A stretch of DNA of 64,000 bases. It comes from Lytechinus pictus. Its lineage: Eukaryota. Positions 22,742 to 35,584 of this stretch are shown in pieces (within the stretch, counting starts at the first letter, position 1; every line of letters begins with the position of its first letter). Below the pieces are notes generated by a model that was not told the origin of the DNA, made no database searches, and saw only the letters and a list, made by a program, of their open reading frames with translations. The translations under genes and the position numbers were made by a program. The DNA is taken from assembly GCF_037042905.1 (NCBI RefSeq), contig NC_087246.1:6512001-6576000 (forward strand), written 5' to 3'.

Positions 22742-25700
22742 ATTGGTATATTTTATCGAAAATCAAACAGATACCTTCAAATGTTTGCATCATCATTATT
22801 TTTTCCCCTGCTGGAAAAAATGTACATGACTACGTTGTTGAATTATTGTCAGTACAATTTTATTACTTTAAGTACTATTCAATTTCAACATATCATTATA
22901 TTGATAGTATTTGGGTTACCAATATCATTTGAGACTGACACTTTGTACTTGATGTACAAAGCCTCATTGAACGTATGGAGTTTCAATTCGGCAAGCATTG
23001 TTCCATGATCCCAAAAAATCTATTTCGGAGGTATTGATTTTGGTTTATATATAAATGTCTTACCATTTTTAACCGAATAGATGTTAAAGTCGATAGGATT
23101 CCTTCACACAATCCATTCAGACTATTGTCGAAAAACATTTATCTCCTTGCACTCCATTTCTCTGTTGACGTAGTTGAGTTCATGCGTTCTGTAGATTGCA
23201 CGATCCGTTATAATGATTCTGTACGATGTTTTAATAAAACCGATAGTTGTATCACGAGTAATGATGATTGATGTTGGGTAATGGACCGTCTAATAAGTTT
23301 TTAATCGCTACATCCAGTATTTGTTTAATAATGGCTGATGACCGTTCAACTGGATGGTGTTTAATTGCATCCTACGTTATAGCTTCTAGGGTATATTGAT
23401 AATAGGACAGTCTCACCGGCGTTACCACTCCAGACCGACCAACTATATTATGTTATTTCTGAATATATTTCATCGGTCGGATAGGAGTTGGTTGTGACTT
23501 TAACTTAATTGGAGCATTATAATTAATTACATGGCCAAGTGGAGTCAACAGCACCATACATCGGTTAAATAGCTAATGTGATCAGGTGGTCCCTTCACAA
23601 ACCAATATGGAAAAAACAGAATTCAGTATTCAACGAGATAAATATCTGTTAAACAATTAGTGTAAAACACATGGAACGGAAGTAATAAATAGTAAATACG
23701 CAGTTACTAATAATTTTGCGTATTTCCCTATAACCATTTTGTTCATGGATGACTTTTGGGGTAAGCCCCGACTTTGTTCAATGCAAGACAAGAGAAAGGC
23801 GTACAATTACACGATATCCATAGGAAATATCTTGCATGTCACCGTGATAATGATTTTCCATTTCTTTATTGTCTTTTGCGGAATATCCTGCTTTACAATG
23901 GAAAGCTTTCCATGATTTATTATCCGCCTTCGCTTAACCGCGAAAAACGGTTTGTCGATGTAATTACACAATTTGTAATTTAACAGTTTTAACAGTAATA
24001 TAACTGAGATTTGCTGGATAGTATGTAAAGCCATAATTATAAAGAGATTATATTCAAGTATTTTTTTTCGGAAATAGAAAGAGTTTGTTCAGAAGATACT
24101 TTATAACGCGTACCGTACTTTAATAACCATGAATACATCACGTTTACGGAAACTTGATGTACTCATCAATAGGTAAAATACTAGATTGAACGGCAAATCT
24201 ATTTCACCGTCTTCCTTTTGAAATAGATACTTGGCTCGTTTATCTGTTTTCTGTTTGTCCTTTTTCTTGTAAGACTACTGTTGAATTGCTTATGGGCAAG
24301 TCTTGCACGTCTACATCCGCTACAAACATCTCTTAAATACTATAGAACACATTCTTCTGACTGATGAACATTCAAAATTAAAACATGTTGAAAAGCGAGT
24401 CTTTCTTTCAAATGATTTTATCACCACGTAAAGATGGTGTCGTAAACATGTCTTAGCTAATATTTATGATACCATCGTTTACCAAACATTGACATTGGGT
24501 TTTATCTGCATATGGGATGATTTATGACATAAATTCATAAAGCCTACTAGAACTCGTCGATTCCAATGTGTGGCAAATGCTGTATATTGACGTTGCATGG
24601 TTGTTCGTATCCAAAAGCAATTACGGGAATTACGATTCTTCACAGAGTTGCGTCTTATCATGGTGATATGTCTACGAGATTACCTTAAAAGTGTATAATC
24701 TACAATGCACACAACAGTTCTATTGAGAAAAAAAAAACACGGTACAAATTGCTCACTAAACATTGGTCATGTGTTTACATTCCGCTCATATCTTCTGCAT
24801 TTTGAAATTGAATAGCATTGTGCCAAACTTTGTGGTAATACCACACTGCAGTGGTCGTTAAGTCAACTATATCCTACCAAATTTTGTATATTGCACCTCT
24901 ACAGAACGATTCGACTGCATGAGCACAGTGAAATACATTGAGGGGCAATACACATGGTAATTGATACATGTCTCAAACTTTATGACGTAGACAATATAAT
25001 ACAAGAAAGGATGTAGAACATTCTTAAAAGAAAAAAGAGCAATTTGAAAAATTGTGATTTTATAGTCTCGAATGTACTGACGAATATCTCATACAACAGT
25101 ATGAAGATGAACTACATACATTGGTCCCAAGGGTAATAGATCTACGGGTATTGTATCTGTCATTTGACACATGAAAACGATAATAATGAGCATACATTCA
25201 TCAACATTATCTTCGACAAATTGAGTACCAAATTTACTCTTCATTTTCACCACATCCTTAATGTTGTTTTATAATGTAACATGACATTTTGAGACCGAGA
25301 ATTAATCTGGATTTGATAACTTTCCTCCTCATTATAGTAGATCTAGATCTCTGCCATTCAAGCATATTACTAGTAACGATCATAGAAGTCTGTGCCACAT
25401 TACAATAAAGGCTAATGGCCCGGAGTTAATGCCCGAATCTTTTCACTTGTTTTTATCAGGGACGTGTCCCTCGTGTGATAAATGGTTGATGATCTCACAT
25501 GTTGGTTGATCTGTTGATTTATCTGCTTGTCTGTGAAATACTTCAAAAAGCGTCTGTTTAATCCTCTTTATTTATTTCCATCAATTTTCCCAATTTTTCT
25601 TCTTCAAAATAATAGTCTTGCTATTCTTATAATTGCTTCAGATTCAGATTTATATGTAAATCTTCCAATAACGTTGCTTTTGATTGTTACGATAAAGAAA

Positions 25701-26789
25701 CAAAAATGAAGTATTTGAAATAAAGGTTTATTACAGCTTTAACAATCTTTTATTGAATTTATTTCATTCACGTTTTGGCAGCTTGGTAGAATTTTAGAAA
25801 AGAATATTAAGGCAATGAGTCCTTCACATTTCCTATCACATGGTATATCTTCAAAAGCAATGGTTAATTGGGTTGATGATAATATGAATTCTTAATGTGA
25901 TACTAATCATTAAAGAATACCCGAATGGTTGAATGGTATCTAGTTTTAAAGCGTAATGATACATATATTCGTGAGATATATGTCTAATAATCCAACTTTC
26001 TATGATTTTTTAATCTAAAAAAATTAGTTACTTGAATTAAAATATTGAAGTAAGATATAATTTCTACCAGAATTAACTGAAACTGTGTTGCAAGATCAAT
26101 ATTATTGAAAATGGGAACTCGTATAAACACTGTCAGTAAAAGCGTGTGAGGAATGGATTTTAGGATAAATTTTGGAATATATAAAATGAATTCTATATAA
26201 CATAATTGTATATAGGATCAAAATTAACACTGACCCCTGTAAATGAACGATTTTTTATACTTGCATTTCCTGATTAATACAGTCTGAACTTAATGCACAT
26301 GAAATCCTGTGTATTTGTGTTTTCTATTTTAATACACGCTAATTGTTATGGAATGTTGAAGGCTTGCTTGGGATGTTTGAATAATCTAAATACATTTATT
26401 CCTTTATAACATTCGTTTGCGTTGAACAAAACTGTGCATAAATTTCTTTGCCAGATGAGCACCATATCTTATCAGGGAGGTATGCTGACTCAAAAGGTAA
26501 AAAAAGAATCACAATTGACAATCTTTCCAACTATGTACAAAATGTGAATTTGTGCATTTTTGAATGTTTAGCCCCCCCCCCACACACACACACACACACA
26601 CGCACACGTACACTTTACAAAGTCATGCTGCGGTATACACCATCGTAAATTTGTATGAAGAAGAAAGTCTGTTATTCCAATCACTTTTTTGAATAGAATA
26701 AAGAGGTACATGTAATAACACACCTCTTTATTCGGAGCACTAAGTTTCAGCTTGGGAAAATAATAATCCTAATACAGTATCCTAATTAA

Positions 26790-27205
26790 TGAAGACCCTA
26801 ATGATTGTGTTTAAAGGTCTTAATAGTCAAGCCCCAAGTTATATCTCAGATCTCTTGAAATTAAAATCCCGATCTCATTTCATTTATTTATTTAAATACG
26901 GTAGAGATCAAAAACATGCGATCAGCTAACAAGCTGTTTTTCAGCATGTCCGTAAATAACATTCAACAATCTCATGACCATCACCTTCGTAGCTCATAGG
27001 ATACACTCACACTGCAAGTACCCCAACACAAAACTAAAGCAACCTTCGGAGATAGATCATTAAATGATCTATCTCCTAATGTTGCTGACATGACAAATTT
27101 TCTCATATCAGCCCCACAACTATGGAACAAACTTCCCCTCGATATTAGGAATTCAACAACTTTACAAAATTTCAAATTGAAATTAAAACGTATCTATTCC
27201 AATAG
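26790..27205 (+). mobile_element. Degraded L2-like LINE RT C-terminal fragment
   Basis: Pieces read FKGLNSQAPSYISDLL, HHLRSS, TKATFGDRS and SAPQLWNKLPLDIRNSTTLQNFKLKLK. It is interrupted at about 26880-26955 by an inverted LINE tail related to 50452-50520. Confidence 0.7.
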
Positions 27206-27243
27206 TATGTACAGCATCTAGGAAGCGCTTGCAGCGCAATATA

Positions 27244-28253
27244 CAGGTTTTTTTTTATAAGTTAACCGAAGTTCAAAGGTCAGCTTTATCAGGAATACAT
27301 AACGTATGCTTGTGGTTTCTATTTTACATAATTGAGTAACTCATCAACTTTAATTTGACACCTTGCTTACGTCTACGTCATTATTGTCACGGCTCACACA
27401 GTTATGGTCCATCGTAGGCGAAGGGTAAAAAACCTACTATTTTCCAAGTTTTGGGTTTTAATGTACATGCACGAAACCCACTTTGCTGTAAGGTTTTGGC
27501 TTCATTAGAGTTATTCCCTGCAAATTTCAGTGAAATGTTACCGTTCTGATATATATATATATTTTGGCGAGTGTATGTTACATAACTGGTGTCAAGCTCC
27601 AATTTTTTGTTGTACACTTCCTTGGTGACTAACCCTTGTAGGCACATGTTTAGCATGGAAGATGTTCTTCGTCACAATTCCACAATAGTTAGAAGAGCAA
27701 TGCAAGACATGCAGGGTCGATAAGGGAGGTACTGTGGAAACGTTGAATGTGTAGGTGCAAAAGGTTTGAACGGGTTCATTTGGGATTGAAGGTAGGCAGT
27801 TGATATATCAATGTCAGACACTCACAAAAAGTTAACAGATGGGACAGCATTTCTCTAAATTGAAGGAAAAAACTCTGAAGAATCCAAAACCTTGCAACAA
27901 ATTTGGTTTCGTGCATGTACATTAACATGATTAAAACCCAAAACTTAGAAAAGGTAGGTTTTGTACCCTTCGCCTTCGATAGACCACAACTCTGTGACCC
28001 AGTGGCGGACCGTGACCCGGAGGAGACAAAGCATTGGAGGGGCACTGTATTGTTTGTGAACAATGCTGTGCCCCTCCAACGCTTTGTCTCCTCCGGGTCA
28101 CGGTCCGCCACTGCTGTGACCCGTGACAATTATAACACAAACAAGGTATCAAAAAAAGTTGATGAGTTACTCAGTCATGTAGAATAAAAATCACAAGAAT
28201 ATATCCTGTAGTCTTGATACAGCTGACCTTTGAACAGTTTTAGAAACACCCTG
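27244..28253. mobile_element. Tc1/mariner-like non-autonomous element with long (~350 bp) imperfect TIRs
   Basis: TA|CAGG...CACCCTG|TA termini. Inverted matches include gttcaaaggtcagct/agctgacctttgaac and gagtaactcatcaactt/aagttgatgagttactc. Confidence 0.75.
28000..28113. mobile_element. 114-bp near-perfect palindromic hAT-like MITE with an 8-bp TSD (CTGTGACC)
   Basis: CAGTGGCGGACCGTGACCCGGAGG...CCTCCGGGTCACGGTCCGCCACTG, with TSDs at 27992-27999 and 28114-28121. Confidence 0.9.
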
Positions 28254-28539
28254 TATAAATGTATATTATTATTATTCCTCTAAACAGGATCAAGTCCGTA
28301 TTTTTTCTTGAATAACTTTGCTCTAACAAAAAGCACCAAGTAATTTCAAGTGCAACTAAAAACTTTACACTACTAATGTCCGAGAGTCTTTCTTATTATT
28401 TCTTCTTATTATTATTATTACCATTATTAATATTATTATCATTATCATTATTGTTATTATTATTATTATTATTATCATCATAATTATGATGACGTATCCC
28501 TCTCCCCAAAGCCACCGAGTATCACGAATGTGGGTAGAA

Positions 28540-28578
28540 CCATGGACCTACTACTCTGTCAGAGCAGTAGGTCCATGG
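28540..28578. mobile_element. 39-bp palindromic mini-element with flanking direct repeats
   Basis: ccatggacctact...agtaggtccatgg flanked by TAGAA on both sides. Confidence 0.6.
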
Positions 28579-28800
28579 TAGAATCAAAATGCTGTAAGAA
28601 GCAGGTATAGTCTATCATTAGAATGATATTCCATTTGTATGTATTCCAGTAATGTCATGTGGAATAATATAATATTTCTATTTTTATTGAATGGAAACAA
28701 AAAACGTTCTTGAAGTGTTTTCGCTCAATTTTAGAGTACTCGATCAAAATCGCCGATGACCTTTGAATCGGGTGAACAACAACTTATTTTAAAACTTCAT

Positions 28801-29080
28801 GCTCTTTCCCTATCTCTCTCCATCCCTCCCTCCCACCTTCTCTCTCCATCCCTCCTATATCAATCTCTCCCTTTCTCCTTCTCGCCGTCTCTCTCATTCA
28901 CTGTCTCCATTTCTTCTCTCTCTCTGCTTCCACACCTTCAGTTGCTATATATTTCTTACTTCATTTTATCTATCTCTATCTACTTTCCCTTAATTTTCCT
29001 CCCTTGCTTGTCTTCGACTTCCTCTCCTCCCCATTTCCTACGTCCTCGTTTCTCCTTTCTTTCTCTTATTTTTTCCATTG
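28801..29080. repeat. CT-rich polypyrimidine low-complexity tract
   Basis: Directly visible. Similar tracts occur at about 55640-56030 and 60570-60830. Confidence 0.7.
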
Positions 29081-31769
29081 CATAAGTTCAGGTAATATAT
29101 TCATGACATCTTAAATGTCTAGGGGTGGGTGTAAGTCTGCATCTGGTATTGATTTTCAGAGAGCGGCTGTACATATATCTGTAGAGCACTGAGCAAAGTC
29201 TCGTCCGAAGCACGCCCAATAGGAATACTACCCGCTTTATTGCTGAACCGTTTTATGATAGACCAAATCTAATATTGAGTATCCGGAATACATATGTCAC
29301 TGTTACATTGAAATCCCAACTCTTTACTTAACCCTAACTGATCACTATATAATGCTCCAGTCATATCGATGAATACCACTTCAGGTCGACCAAATAGTTT
29401 ATACAATATTTTTAATGATATACATATCGGTTTTGGAATCGGTTTTGTTGGTGTTACTGCAGCATAAAGGTTACGCTCAAGTTTTCCTTTGGCTACGCTT
29501 GATTAAGGTTTAGGCTTTAAAAAAAAAACATTTAAAGCAATACCCTTTTCCATTTACGAACGCGATCTGCAACATCGACGTGAACTCACAAATATTGGAG
29601 GTTAGCATTCGTTTTGAACGCATTTTGTATAATGGCATCATATATGATATAAACGTATGTTCACTTTAAGCTGACACTTTATTTTTTCTGCAACAAACAA
29701 CTGATCTATATATAATTGATGATGAACAGAAGAGTCAGATATGACAGAATTTATAAAACGTCCATTTTGTTATTATTAATACCCCTTCTGATTAATGCGA
29801 CGAATAGTAAGGGAGCCCAATACCCCCCCCCCCTTACACACAATACACATCCATACACACACACACTCCCTTTTCATTCAGGAAACGATGGGAAAATAAG
29901 TTTCCCCGAGAATAGTGTTAGCTGTTTCAAATCACTCTGCTTGTAAATATGTTTTATATGAAAGCATAAAGGTAGTGTCTTTCGTGAACCTTTCAGACTT
30001 TATCTTGCCTCAAATTACAGACTAATGTGCATGGTGTAAACGTGAAGACTCAGTAGATTAGTTCTTCAAATTCCATTTCTTAAAGACTATGGTTAATATT
30101 GATTCGACCTTCAAATAAATTTTCGCAAGAAGTGCTTTTTGTTTCCTGTGTCTGTGAAAATCGAGACCCTGAGAAAATTGTACCTTAAAAACAACATGCG
30201 ACATCAAAGTTTAATAATCTTTTCAACAAGACCCTTGTAATAATGACCAATTTATGTTTGAATCTATCTTCACTTTGCCTTTCACTTAATTTTTTTTCTC
30301 TTTACTTTATTCATTCATTTTTATTCCGTCAACTAAATTTTTAGTTTATCCTATTATCTAAAGTAGATATGAAGTAATATCATATGAGCTTTCAAAAACT
30401 TTTCCATCACTAAATATTTCGAAATCACTTTAATCTGTCACTATCAAGTTTTGACCCCCTTTTCCATTCCCGTTTGCATTTGAACACAGACAATTCATTC
30501 CAATATTGAATGATTTCAAATGACATTATGCGTTCATGATAGTGATTAGGGTTTACATTTCTAATTCAGGATTGTTGGTGACAATGACGAAGACGTTAAT
30601 CATAATGTAGATAGTTATTCGTTGTGATGATGGTGATGACGATGATGATGATGATGATGATGATGGTGATGATGATGGTGATGTTAATGACATTGTAAGA
30701 TGTGGGGAAAATTAAATTTTCCCATGGAAGTATGTTGCGCTCATAAGGCAAGTGCTCCTGAACGATGATGGGGAAATTCTGAAAAGTTTTGCACAAATAA
30801 AATGATGCATCTTCCACAAAATCAGTCATTTTGAAACACGTTTGCTAATTTGAGGATACCCATATTTCATTTTTCATTGACCATCTTTTTTAGTCTTTCT
30901 TCTCAAATTGATTGTGTCCCTGGATCTTACTTTCCTTTAACAAACCATAGGCATATTAAATTATCATGAGCTTGTTGTTTATGCTTCCTCAGCTCTTTTC
31001 AGAGAGGCCAAACAGTGTTATTGGACCAATGCCTGCAGGATAATCCATAAACCCATCTATCATCCTATTTTCTTTACCTATTACACTCATCATTATGATT
31101 TAATTCTCCATTCGGCATTGACTTATTGACAATCTTCGCTGAATGAAAAACATACAGCCCATACTCACTTTATCTCATAATTTTTCTTTAAAGCTTACTA
31201 AATAAGGATCATGTCCTGAACTGACATCCTTTCTCTGATTTGATTTGAACCCTTTATAAGATTAAGACTATCCAGTATCCAAAGCTCTCCCACGTTCAAT
31301 GTAAGCATATACTGACTTTTGGGTAGTCGCAAATTTAAGTCACAATTCTATTTTAAACATTATCACATGCAACCATTGTTTTTTCAATAATCATTTCAAA
31401 TAATATTTATTGATGTTTATCACTGCTCTGAAGACGATATTTATTTTATAAAATTTCTCCATCTCCTTTGATTGGGCACACACACAATCACACCCCACGT
31501 GTACCGCACACACATACGCAGACACCCAGACAGCATCAAATTATCCCATCCATGTTGTATAATAATTAGAGATAAGTCCTTTACAGTATTGAATCCTACA
31601 TCTCGACGGTGGGATTGAGTTCGACTACATGTAGAAACTCCTTTCCATTGTTAAATCAACTCTTGTTAACAAGAAATCCTGATCGGTATCTCACATAACT
31701 GAATCAGTCGAGGTTTGGTGTCTCAAGTAGGCCTACATGAACGAAACTATGCTTTTGTACATTATAAAA

Positions 31770-32588
31770 ATATAACAGGCTTTGAGAAAGTATAGTGTGA
31801 ATTATATTTCCGAGGTTGGACTGGCAATTACTATTTTTCCCAGACAGGCGATGCCCCGAGGGAAAATAGTTATATTGCCAGTCTAACCGAGGACGAATAA
31901 TTCCCACTATGCTTTCGGAGGAAACGCCTGATATATTTGTTTTATATCCTTCTTTAACTTATAAACCTAGTCCTTGCTGATGTGTAACCAATTTAGACCA
32001 ATTCTAACGTCGCCGGACCTAGTCCTAGGCCTGTCGAGCTAATGATAACCAGTTCCTGGGTACGGGTAGGCTGCGCGCGGCTTTTACCCGATTCCAGTTA
32101 ATGAGAGGTCCGGTGTGCTGCGCATGTCGCTGCAGTTTCACCCAAGATGTACATTGTAAACGCGCAGGCTAATAATGTCTACTTTTCGGACTTTATAGTA
32201 TCGGATCTTGACTCGCCTTGTTAGGAATGGCCTTCATAGAATTATATTTTCTGCATGATAATCTAAACCCAATTCCACACTGACTTTTCATGTTGTCGGT
32301 AAGTAATTTGAGCGAGAGCTTGTATTTTGTTTTATTTATTTATTCATTTATTTGGGCGGATAATTAACGGTACTGTTCTGGACCCGTCAAATCAGGGAGC
32401 ATGCGCAGTTCAACGTTGAGAGAACATATCGAGTATGAGCATGCGCAATTCTCCCCAAGAAAGTATATCAAACAATATATGGAACTAAAAAAATATATAT
32501 ATACGGAGCTATTTGCAGCGATGTGTTTTCCTATTGAAATTATACTTTGTCACATGATCACGAATAAGCAAATTCAAGAGGGATATAA
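31770..32588 (-). mobile_element. Long-hairpin element family B, copy 1
   Basis: Reverse-complement homology to 53106-53940 (catgcgcagtt, gtcgagctaatg, ggttggactggcaattactat). Hairpin at about 31780-31920. Confidence 0.8.
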
Positions 32589-33577
32589 CGCTAATACCTC
32601 CGACTTGCTTCGCATGATAACACGTTGTTGCAAAAATAAGATGAGTGGAAACTGTTCTAAAATGCTTGGGTTGTTTAATCTCTAGTTTCGAAGTCTCTGT
32701 TTCAACGAAGTACCAAAATAAAATTATACAACTGTGTGATGATTCCTGCATAAAATAAAACAAAGAAAAATATGAAAATGAAAGGATAGCTTGCAAATAC
32801 CATAGCTAATAAACCTACATACGTTTTACAATAAACTATCAACAGTTTCACACAGTTGTTTCCTGTAATAATAATGTGACTTTTTCCATTCTTGCATAAC
32901 AACCATAACAAATATCAAACTTGCATTAACTTTTCATACCAATAACTGCTAACTTTGAATCATTTACAATCCTGGGCAATCTTTACTTCAAGCTTGAAAT
33001 TAATCATCATAAGATCCCAGAGGTTCAAAACGACCCGAACTATTTCCAATCATTTATTACTACACGAATCCAAGCAGAAATTGGGCGGCAGATCACTATT
33101 AAAACTGACAGAATATCAAACCGCACCCACTTTTCTGCGTAGGTTTGTGAATGTATTACTTATGGCAACCTCCGCCATACAAAATATAGTCCATGCCTTA
33201 AACTAGTATTTAACTCAATTTTCTTTAAATATGCATATCAAAGCACAACATAATCATTATGGTTCAATAGTTCTCACAACTCAAAGCAATTATTCTCCAC
33301 CAAAACTAAGGTAAATCTGGATCTAGAATCCACTGAGAGACTAGCCAAACTTCTGTGGGAGAATCAAACAATTTCTTGACAGATCATAAGATCTAACTAA
33401 ACCTTCAAATCATCATGGAATACAATTTTGTAATAACTTTGAATCAAAGATACTATAATTATCCAAAATATCATAAACGATTTCAATATACCTTTTTAGT
33501 ACATAACTCTAGATAATTTTTAAAGAAATCTTAGGTAACCCGACGACACGTCGAGCGTATCACTAACTCGTGGCTAA

Positions 33578-35584
33578 CACACCGAAGGTTGCGTAGAGTT
33601 ACGTAGAGTTGCGTAGGGAGTACGCGAAAATTCGCTGCGTACTCATCGGCGTAGTCCCTGCGTAGGGTAGCATAGTGTCGTGTAGAGTTGCGTAGAGTTG
33701 CGTAGAGTTGTGTAACTTGTCTACGTAGCGTTGCGTACGGTTGCGTATGGCATCTTTGCGGAAACAAAATACAGTAGGCCTATATCATTCACTTCTCAAG
33801 CAACTCTTTGCTGCTCTTTGCTTTTTCTCCTGTCCTCAGGAGTCCAACAAGCTTTTAAGATTTTGATGTAATTCATTTTCGAGGTTCTTGGTTCATAGGT
33901 TTATTTATTTTAATTATACTGTTGTCTATTTTATGTCGTTTTCTCTGCCTTTTAATCATTTTTTTCTTTTTTCAAATAATTTCAATTACGTGTATTATAT
34001 TTTAATTTTCTTTGATCTGTTTAATTTCTAAACATTGGAGATTTATTTATATATTGTGTATTATTGACTTTTAATAAATACATACATAAAAAAACTCTTT
34101 GCTGCTGTGCGTAACACTGTACTGCTGTGAAGTAGGATAAAAATATAATGAGTTGTCTGTTAAGTCCATTCTAAAGTTTTGGGGGCAAGACATGACATAA
34201 AGGGCTAAATTAATTTCAAAATGCTGTGAGCGAAGGAAGCGACTGAGCCAAAAATAGCCTTTTAAATAGATAAATCAAATTTTTGCAACTGATAATGATA
34301 TGATATATGTTTTAAACATCATGACAAAATCCGTCATAACAAATTTATTTATGTATTAAAAAGCTATTTTTGGCTCCCTCGCTTCCCTCGATCCCTCACT
34401 TAATGTAAAATTATTTTGCCCTTTTGTCGTGTCTTGCCCCGAAAACTTTAGTCTCATTACGCCACTGACCTCCGCCGAAACTAAAAAAGTAATAAAATAA
34501 AAGCTATCAAAAAAAAGATCCCTCACAAGAGAACAAAGCTGCCCCAACCATTAATACAGATCGACACCCATATGCTTGCCAGTATATATGCTAGAACGGT
34601 GGTTTACTTTGAATTCTATCAAGCTAATTATGAAATTTGGCGCTTTAAACATTTTGTTGACGTAGATGGTGTTCTTAATATTGATGAACGAAAAGCAATC
34701 AGAAATCAGAGAGCCGACGTGAATTTTGATGTTTGCGGTAAGGTTGTCCGAAAACACTATTACGGAGCGGAAAGCGTGTTGCGATTTGCTTTTTGCGTTT
34801 TTGCAAACAGAACCACAGAGCTGAAACCGTGTTCTGATTTTGTATTTGATATATAAAAACACAAATTTAGAATGAGAAATCAGAAAAAGCCCACTTAGTA
34901 TTTATGATTTAAATTTTCCGTTTTTGATCTACAAAGTACCTTGATTGTTTTGCCTGTCTCTTTTTCTTCTGTTGTTTTGCATCATTATGCCCAGATTGTG
35001 GTGCAGGTGAATCTCCACCTTGGTCACTTTAAACAGAAAGGACAGGAGATTTCTTGCCCCTCTTGGTCTTATTTTTGGGGGCATCTTGCATCAATATGGA
35101 CAGAACAATCAAGCATTTAAATTAAGTGCAGTGCTGATTTGGTTATGGCAGAGCTTTTATCGTGACTGACTTCACAATCAGCAAAAACCTGATGAGAAAC
35201 AGTAGGATCCAGCGTGAGTACGCCACTATTAGCGACTATACGCAACTGTACGCCAGGTCTACGCAAGTCTACGTCGGTCTATACGCAACATTACGCAATT
35301 CCAAAAGAGGCGTTTTGAGAAACTGGGGCATTTTGGCGTAGTGTTGCGTAGGAGTGGCGTACAGTTGCGTAGTGTTGCGTATGCCCTGCGTTCTCTGGCT
35401 CTACGCCAAAGGTACGCCAAAAAATTAAACATGTTTAATTTTCTGCGTTCCTCCCGCGTACCCACTTGCGTAGACTTGCGTAGACTAGCGTATGAAAAAC
35501 AAATGGCGGCGTAGTGTTGCGTAGTCTCTACGCAACTCTACGTAACTCTACGCAACTCTACGCAACCTTCGGTGTGAAAGCCCC
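33578..35584. mobile_element. Internally deleted PIF/Harbinger-like element with gttgcgtaga subterminal repeats
   Basis: Inverted ends cacaccgaaggttgcgtagagtt / aactctacgcaaccttcggtgtgaaagcccc and a subterminal palindrome aaaattaaacatgtttaatttt. A minus-strand MPPK..KTKRGKK remnant starts at 35084. Confidence 0.7.
34171..34467. mobile_element. Fold-back MITE nested in the Harbinger-like element
   Basis: ctaaagttttgggggcaagacatgaca vs tgtcgtgtcttgccccgaaaactttag. The right end is ...tacgccactg. Confidence 0.6.

Noticed and set aside
27776..28187. Mirror ORFs on both strands (VADRDPEETK...)
   Set aside because: They are an artefact of the palindromic MITE at 28000-28113.
30760..31330. Possible ancient LINE remnant on the minus strand
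   Set aside because: Only vague resemblance; no continuous RT motif could be read.
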